The position numbers and the translations under genes are program-made. From NCBI GenBank assembly GCA_043745445.1, contig JAYTSX010000244.1, positions 1 to 54,682 on the forward strand: a DNA stretch of 54,682 nucleotides, given 5' to 3'. Shown here in pieces: positions 54,468-54,682 of the stretch. Source of the DNA: Elusimicrobiota bacterium. GTDB lineage: Bacteria; Elusimicrobiota; Elusimicrobia; UBA1565; UBA9628. Every line of letters begins with the position of its first letter. Position 1 is the first letter of the stretch. Below the pieces are notes generated by a model. That model saw only the letters and a program-made list of their open reading frames with translations. It was not told where the DNA came from and made no database searches.

Positions 54468-54682
54468 TCAGCGATTTTTGGACCGTTTCATCAGCAACCG
54501 GTCGATCGCCGTGAAATAAGACTCGATGCCCTTGCCGTATAGCTGTCCGGCGCAGGCAGGCGCGATCACCGACACGCGCCGGAACGCCTCACGCTTCTTG
54601 ATATTCGACAGATGCACCTCGATCGTCGGTACGCAGATCGACGCGACGGCGTCGTGCAACGCATAGCTATAGTGGCTGTACG
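54468..54682 (-). CDS. aroQ: Type II 3-dehydroquinate dehydratase, 3' part
   Basis: HYSYALHDA...IEVHLSNIKKREAFRRVSVI...G.G..SY. Confidence 0.88.
   Translation of the reverse strand, partial: YSHYSYALHDAVASICVPTIEVHLSNIKKREAFRRVSVIAPACAGQLYGKGIESYFTAIDRLLMKRSKNR

Overview
High-GC bacterial chromosomal window. The host is probably an Elusimicrobiota-like organism, inferred from protein style only. Most of it is ordinary: a light-repair operon (two photolyases, two lipocalins), tex, an ABC-F ATPase, an ECF sigma/anti-sigma pair, a DegP-like protease, rluE, a DEAD-box helicase, acnA, a TPR Ser/Thr kinase, pilin-like genes, trpG/trpE and aroQ. The standout is an accessory island at about 17.3-30.0 kb that looks like an undescribed two-peptide RiPP/peptide-signalling system. 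(i) A 45-aa precursor-like ORF missing from the ORF track (23900..24037, ending ...EMSIMSRRC) lies behind a sigma54-type -24/-12 promoter. It is followed by a 12-bp stem-loop and a translationally coupled operon: JmjC oxygenase, signal-less family-5 solute-binding protein, MFS exporter, ThiF-like adenylyltransferase with an N-terminal extension, and an ABC-ATPase/GNAT fusion. (ii) A divergent 58-aa peptide plus an alphaKG-HExxH-type hydroxylase carry a 5' leader that folds like a 2'-deoxyguanosine-II-type purine riboswitch variant with an ON-type expression platform. (iii) Two more family-5 binding proteins, a hybrid histidine kinase and a decayed sigma54-activator/RpoN-box chimera lie alongside. 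I also found a 105-bp MITE with CTAG duplication, a recurrent 16-bp palindrome at a fixed 22-23 nt upstream of -10 boxes, and widespread leaderless gene starts. All product calls come from motifs read by eye; no database search was run.
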